Assembly: GCA_040755455.1 (NCBI GenBank)
Contig: JBFMAY010000016.1
Coordinates: forward strand, 1 to 64,000
DNA from: Thermodesulfobacteriota bacterium
GTDB taxonomy: Bacteria > Desulfobacterota > Desulfobulbia > Desulfobulbales > SURF-16
DNA: 64,000 bases
Direction of reading: 5' to 3'
Shown here: one piece after another, positions 59,924 through 64,000 of the stretch
Numbering within the stretch: the first letter of the stretch is position 1
Layout of the letters: each line of letters opens with the position of its first letter
Program-made: the position numbers and the translations under genes
Notes under the pieces: model-generated
What the model was told of the DNA's origin: nothing
The model's input: only the letters and a program-made list of their open reading frames with translations
The model's database searches: none

Positions 59924-61056
59924 TTAACCCGGCTGGCAATTTCTGCGGCGATCTGGTTCAACGGCACGACCACATCGGTGACACCCGCCTTGATCGCCTC
60001 CATGGGCATGCCGAAAACGACACAGCTGGCCCCATCCTGGGCAATTACCTGTCCTCCCTGCTGTTTCATCAACCGCAACCCCTTTACCCCGTCAGAGCCC
60101 ATGCCGGTCATGATCACCCCCAAGGCCCTGTTGCCATACACGGAGGCCACCGAGCGGAAAAGATAGTCTACGGCGGGCCGGCAATGATTCTCCGGCGGAT
60201 CATCGGTCAGCTGCAGGAACTCCCCCGCCGCCCTCTTCACCACCTTCATCTGCCTGGCGCCCGGCGCCAGATAAACGGTGCCGGGCTGTAACTGTTCCTC
60301 ATCCCGGGCCTCAATAACGTTCAGCACGCTTTTCTGGTTAAGAGAATCAGCCAGGGCCTTGGTGAAGACCGGCGGCATGTGCTGGACAATGACCACCGGC
60401 ACCCGGAAGGTACGCGGCAATTTCGGAATGACCTCCGCCAGGGCATTGGGGCCGCCGGTTGAAACGCCTATGGCGACAATGGCGATCCGGCCAGCCGGTG
60501 CCGCAGAAACGATTCTGGGCGTTTCCACGACCGGAGAAGCGACCGGCGGCTTTGCTTCCGGCCCGCTCACGACGGGTCGTTCCGGTGTTGCCGGCCTTGC
60601 CCCAGGCTGGACCTTTGCCCCGGTAAGAGACGAACGCAGCAATTTCCTGGTGGACACACTTTGAATAACCGGCCGCAGCTGTCGCAACAGGGACTCGCGG
60701 TTCTGTTCCAGTGAGGTGCTGTCGGGTTTGGCGATGAAGTCAAAGGCCCCACCTTCCAGAGCCTTAATGGTCACGGCAGCGCCTTCACTGGTATGGGCGC
60801 TGACCATGACCACCGCCACATCCAGCTTCAGCCGCTGCAGTTCGCGCAGGGTGGTCAGGCCATCCATCTCGGGCATTTCAAAATCAAGGGTCAGCAAATC
60901 GGGCTTAAGCTGTTCAATCTTGGCCAGGGCAATCTTACCGTTATTTGCCGTGCCGACCACCTCAACATCAGGAATCCTGGCCAGGATGTCACTTAATACC
61001 TTGCGGTAGAGAACGGTATCATCCACCACCAGCACCCGTATTTTCCGTGAAGTCAT
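59920..61056 (-). CDS. cheB: Chemotaxis methylesterase CheB
   Basis: REC; GVSTGGP, QHMP, RPAVD, TGMGSDG. Confidence 0.95.
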   Translation of the reverse strand: MTSRKIRVLVVDDTVLYRKVLSDILARIPDVEVVGTANNGKIALAKIEQLKPDLLTLDFEMPEMDGLTTLRELQRLKLDVAVVMVSAHTSEGAAVTIKALEGGAFDFIAKPDSTSLEQNRESLLRQLRPVIQSVSTRKLLRSSLTGAKVQPGARPATPERPVVSGPEAKPPVASPVVETPRIVSAAPAGRIAIVAIGVSTGGPNALAEVIPKLPRTFRVPVVIVQHMPPVFTKALADSLNQKSVLNVIEARDEEQLQPGTVYLAPGARQMKVVKRAAGEFLQLTDDPPENHCRPAVDYLFRSVASVYGNRALGVIMTGMGSDGVKGLRLMKQQGGQVIAQDGASCVVFGMPMEAIKAGVTDVVVPLNQIAAEIASRVK

Positions 61057-62855
61057 ACTTTCCGCAACCTTATCTTTTCTATGAGATCAATCAGTTTATC
61101 TTTGATAATGGGTTTGGTGAGAAAACCGTCCATGCCCGCATCATAACATTGCTGTTCATCCTCTTTGCGGGCATGGGCGGTGAGCCCCACGATATAAAGC
61201 GGGCCGGTGGCGCCGGCAAGGGCTGCGTAATGCTCCTTTTCCGCCGAGGCCTCGATCTCCCGGATCTTGCGGCTGGCGGCGTGCCCATCCATATTGGGCA
61301 TCTGCACATCCATCAGGACAAAATCATAATGATGCTCTTTCAGCATGGTGATGGCCTGCAGGCCATCGCCGGCAACCTCGGCCCGGCAGCCGGCCTTCTT
61401 CAGCAATAAGGTCACCAGCCGCTGGTTGACGAGATTATCCTCGACCACCAGCACCTTAAGATCACCCTTGCCGGGGGCCTCCACTGCTCTCTGGGCAGGG
61501 ATGCTTTCCCCTTCACCTGCAACCGCAATCCTGGCGGCAGGAACCCCGGTACGCAGCAGGCTGTCCGCTGACGCATTGTCCTTTGGCAGAGAAATGACAA
61601 AACTGAAGGTGCTGCCCTGGTCCACAGCGCTTTCAAGTTCAATCGTGCCGTTCATCAGGTTGACAAGCTGACTGGTGATGGCCAGCCCCAGTCCGGTGCC
61701 GCCATACTTGCGCGTTGTTGAGCCGTCAGCCTGGGTAAACTTCTCAAAAATCGCCTTCTGCCGGTCAGGGGGAATGCCGATGCCGGTGTCACGCACCGCA
61801 AAACGCAGCTTAACCAGCTGCTCATCTTCCTGCAGCCTGTCCACGGCAATGACAATATCACCCCTGCTGGTAAATTTCAGGGAGTTGCCCACCAGATTGA
61901 CCAATATCTGCCGGAGCCTGTTCTCATCCCCGATAAGAGTGGCGGGAATAGCGGAATCAACCTGATAAAACAGCTTGTTTTCCTTGCGCAGGGCCTGGGA
62001 GCGGAACATGGCCTCCACGTTTTTCACCAGACTCTCCAGCTGGAAAGGACCGGGATCAAGTTCAAGTTTTCCCGCCTCAATCTTGGCGAGATCGAGAATA
62101 TCATTGATAAGCACCAGCAGACTGGCGGAGGCCTTGCCGATGGTTTCGGCAAATTCCCGTTGTTCAGCGGTCAGGTCCGTTTCCAGCAAAAGCCCGCTGA
62201 AGCCGATGATGGCATTCATGGGCGTGCGCAGCTCATGGCTCATATTGGCCAGAAACTCGCTTTTCAGGCGGCTTGCCGCTTCAAGACTGGCGTTGGCCTC
62301 CCGGAGCTGTCTGGTCTGTCTGGCAATCTCGCTCTCCAATTTTTTGGCGTATTCCTTTTCTTTCTCCTGGATCAGCAGAAATTGCTGGTGGTTGTCATCG
62401 AGCAGCTTGGTATGCTTGCTGTTGACAACCTGCATCCGGCGGTTAAGCTGCTCATTTTCGATGATCGCTTCCTGATGCTGGCAACGGAGCAAGGCCAGCA
62501 TCAGGGAATTATGATAGAGACCGGCCAGACGGGGGTTCCTGCCTAAATCCTCGTCCAATCCCTCAGCCTGGAAAACCAGCAGTGCGCAGCAATCAGCAAC
62601 CCGGATGCCATGTATCCACCTGTTACCGGCAAGACGGAGGCTGTTGAAGCTCTCCCCCTTGGCGGCATGCTCCTGCAGCTGGACCAGGATATCGGCGGAA
62701 TGTCTTGCTCGAGACGGCGGGACAACAGCACCGTTATCTCCATACAGGGTAACGGACGCTTCGGGCAGGATCTCGGCAAGGACAGCATGGAACGCGCGTA
62801 AATCCTCATCGCCATCGGCAAATTCGGCAAATACGTCATCAATGAGGTCAACCAT
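61053..62855 (-). CDS. Cytoplasmic hybrid histidine kinase (HisKA, HATPase, REC)
   Basis: [31 protein letters not shown]...MDVQMP. Confidence 0.93.
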   Translation of the reverse strand: MVDLIDDVFAEFADGDEDLRAFHAVLAEILPEASVTLYGDNGAVVPPSRARHSADILVQLQEHAAKGESFNSLRLAGNRWIHGIRVADCCALLVFQAEGLDEDLGRNPRLAGLYHNSLMLALLRCQHQEAIIENEQLNRRMQVVNSKHTKLLDDNHQQFLLIQEKEKEYAKKLESEIARQTRQLREANASLEAASRLKSEFLANMSHELRTPMNAIIGFSGLLLETDLTAEQREFAETIGKASASLLVLINDILDLAKIEAGKLELDPGPFQLESLVKNVEAMFRSQALRKENKLFYQVDSAIPATLIGDENRLRQILVNLVGNSLKFTSRGDIVIAVDRLQEDEQLVKLRFAVRDTGIGIPPDRQKAIFEKFTQADGSTTRKYGGTGLGLAITSQLVNLMNGTIELESAVDQGSTFSFVISLPKDNASADSLLRTGVPAARIAVAGEGESIPAQRAVEAPGKGDLKVLVVEDNLVNQRLVTLLLKKAGCRAEVAGDGLQAITMLKEHHYDFVLMDVQMPNMDGHAASRKIREIEASAEKEHYAALAGATGPLYIVGLTAHARKEDEQQCYDAGMDGFLTKPIIKDKLIDLIEKIRLRKV

Positions 62856-63715
62856 TATTTCTCCTGCTCGGAATCATACAGCTCTTTTGCCTTGGCCATC
62901 TCCGCCGGCAAGGCCTTGAGCAGTACCTTGTAATCCGCCATCTTGGTCTTCAGATGTCCAGCCAGATAGGCAGGCAAGGGATCACAGCGGCCGGTTACCA
63001 CACCGTATTGCATCTTGCAGGCCATGAATTCGGCCAGCTGCAGGATAGCGATGACACTGGGGATGGGGAATTGCCTGTCATGGCTGTGATGAAAACGGAT
63101 GGCCTCGACAACCTGATCCGGCAGATGCCATTCCGTGGCCAGCAGACGCCCCACTTTCGCATGATTGGTGCCGATGACCGTGTCTTCCAGCACGGTTATC
63201 GACTCCTCGTGATCCTTGGCAAGATAGTCCGTGCAAACCCGCCGCAACTCTGCCCCGGCCAGCTGGTCTTCAATGATCAGCCCGATATCATGGATAATGG
63301 CCGCCAGAAAAACATCTTCGCCGTCCTCGCCGAAAATACGGCGGGAAATCATCTGGGACAAAATCGCCACCGTGGCCGAATGAATCCAGAGACTCTTAGG
63401 CGAAAAAATTTCCCCCTTGTCCTTTTCCCGGTATAAATTCCGCAGTCCTTCCACGGCCACAAGATTGCGCAGGTGCTTCATGCCGATGAACACCACCGCC
63501 TTGGCAATGGAATTCACCTGACTGCTGAGGCCGAAATAAGGACTGTTGACCAGCCGGAGAAGACGGGTGACCAGCACCGGATCAAGCCTGATAATCTCCT
63601 CGAACTCCTGCATGGTGGCCGACTCGGTGCCGACCATTTGCGCAACCCGGATCGCCACATGCGGCAGTGTTTTCATATCATTGAACTTGTCAACGAGATT
63701 TTGAGCTGACGGCAT
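62855..63715 (-). CDS. HDOD-domain protein
   Basis: [34 protein letters not shown]. Confidence 0.92.
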   Translation of the reverse strand: MPSAQNLVDKFNDMKTLPHVAIRVAQMVGTESATMQEFEEIIRLDPVLVTRLLRLVNSPYFGLSSQVNSIAKAVVFIGMKHLRNLVAVEGLRNLYREKDKGEIFSPKSLWIHSATVAILSQMISRRIFGEDGEDVFLAAIIHDIGLIIEDQLAGAELRRVCTDYLAKDHEESITVLEDTVIGTNHAKVGRLLATEWHLPDQVVEAIRFHHSHDRQFPIPSVIAILQLAEFMACKMQYGVVTGRCDPLPAYLAGHLKTKMADYKVLLKALPAEMAKAKELYDSEQEK

Positions 63716-63780
63716 ACTCTCTCTTTGCTTGAATTTTTCGCATGAGCCCTTCGCACCACCTGATGAACGGAGAATTGCAC

Positions 63781-64000
63781 TCAGATGATTGATTTGAATT
63801 GCCGCAGCAATGACTCCAGGTCGGGAAGCAGATTTTTCGCCCCGGCAAGATCGCCTGACCGGCCAGCCTTTTCCAGTTCAGATGCCACGGCGCGGATACT
63901 CTCGATCCCAAGACTCGCCGCCGCCCCCTTGATGCTGTGGGAGGCATCACCCATGGCCCCGGCATCGCCCTGAGCCGCCCCCTCCTTAATTTTTGCCAGA
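63781..64000 (-). CDS. HPt-domain protein, C-terminal part (partial)
   Basis: Minus frame reads ...DASHSIKGAAASLGIESIRAVASELEKAG...FKSII* with stop at 63781-63783. Confidence 0.85.
   Translation of the reverse strand, partial: LAKIKEGAAQGDAGAMGDASHSIKGAAASLGIESIRAVASELEKAGRSGDLAGAKNLLPDLESLLRQFKSII

Noticed and set aside
63830..63850. Suspected frameshift in the terminal HPt gene
   Set aside because: Recounting the C run (CCCC) shows the frame is continuous to the stop at 63781.

Overview
A 64-kb bacterial chromosomal window whose gene set suggests Desulfobacterota, probably Desulfobulbales (inference). The left edge has an IS cluster beside tRNA-Ala(CGC): an IS66 left end, and a complete IS110 element whose 3' non-coding region carries exact matches to its own end and to its insertion-site flank, as a bridge/seek RNA would. 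tRNA-Ser(CGA) follows, then a PhnD-like binding protein and a diguanylate cyclase. The most distinctive feature is an ~8-9 kb module present twice (7442-16099 and 18903-26574), separated by an IS1634 element. Each copy has a HAMP sensor kinase, a sigma54 activator, a convergent FtsH paralog, and a sigma54 promoter with a conserved palindromic enhancer driving small Gly/Ala-rich membrane proteins and a tandem pair of ImcH-like (NapC/NirT-type) six-heme inner-membrane cytochromes. The copies have decayed in complementary ways: copy 1 has a frameshifted activator and an apparently fused small gene, copy 2 has a truncated, inactivated ftsH. The middle holds SprT/DUF2786, cupin, LbtU-like porin, His-rich exported protein, MCP, PEP-CTERM-type protein, DUF3047, a hybrid kinase, a stand-alone IF2 C-terminal-domain gene and a Gld-like ABC system. 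The right side has purC, mutL, an M23 peptidase, tsaE, an Rsb-like partner-switch module and a two-operon chemosensory locus. All family assignments come from motif recognition by eye; no searches were run.
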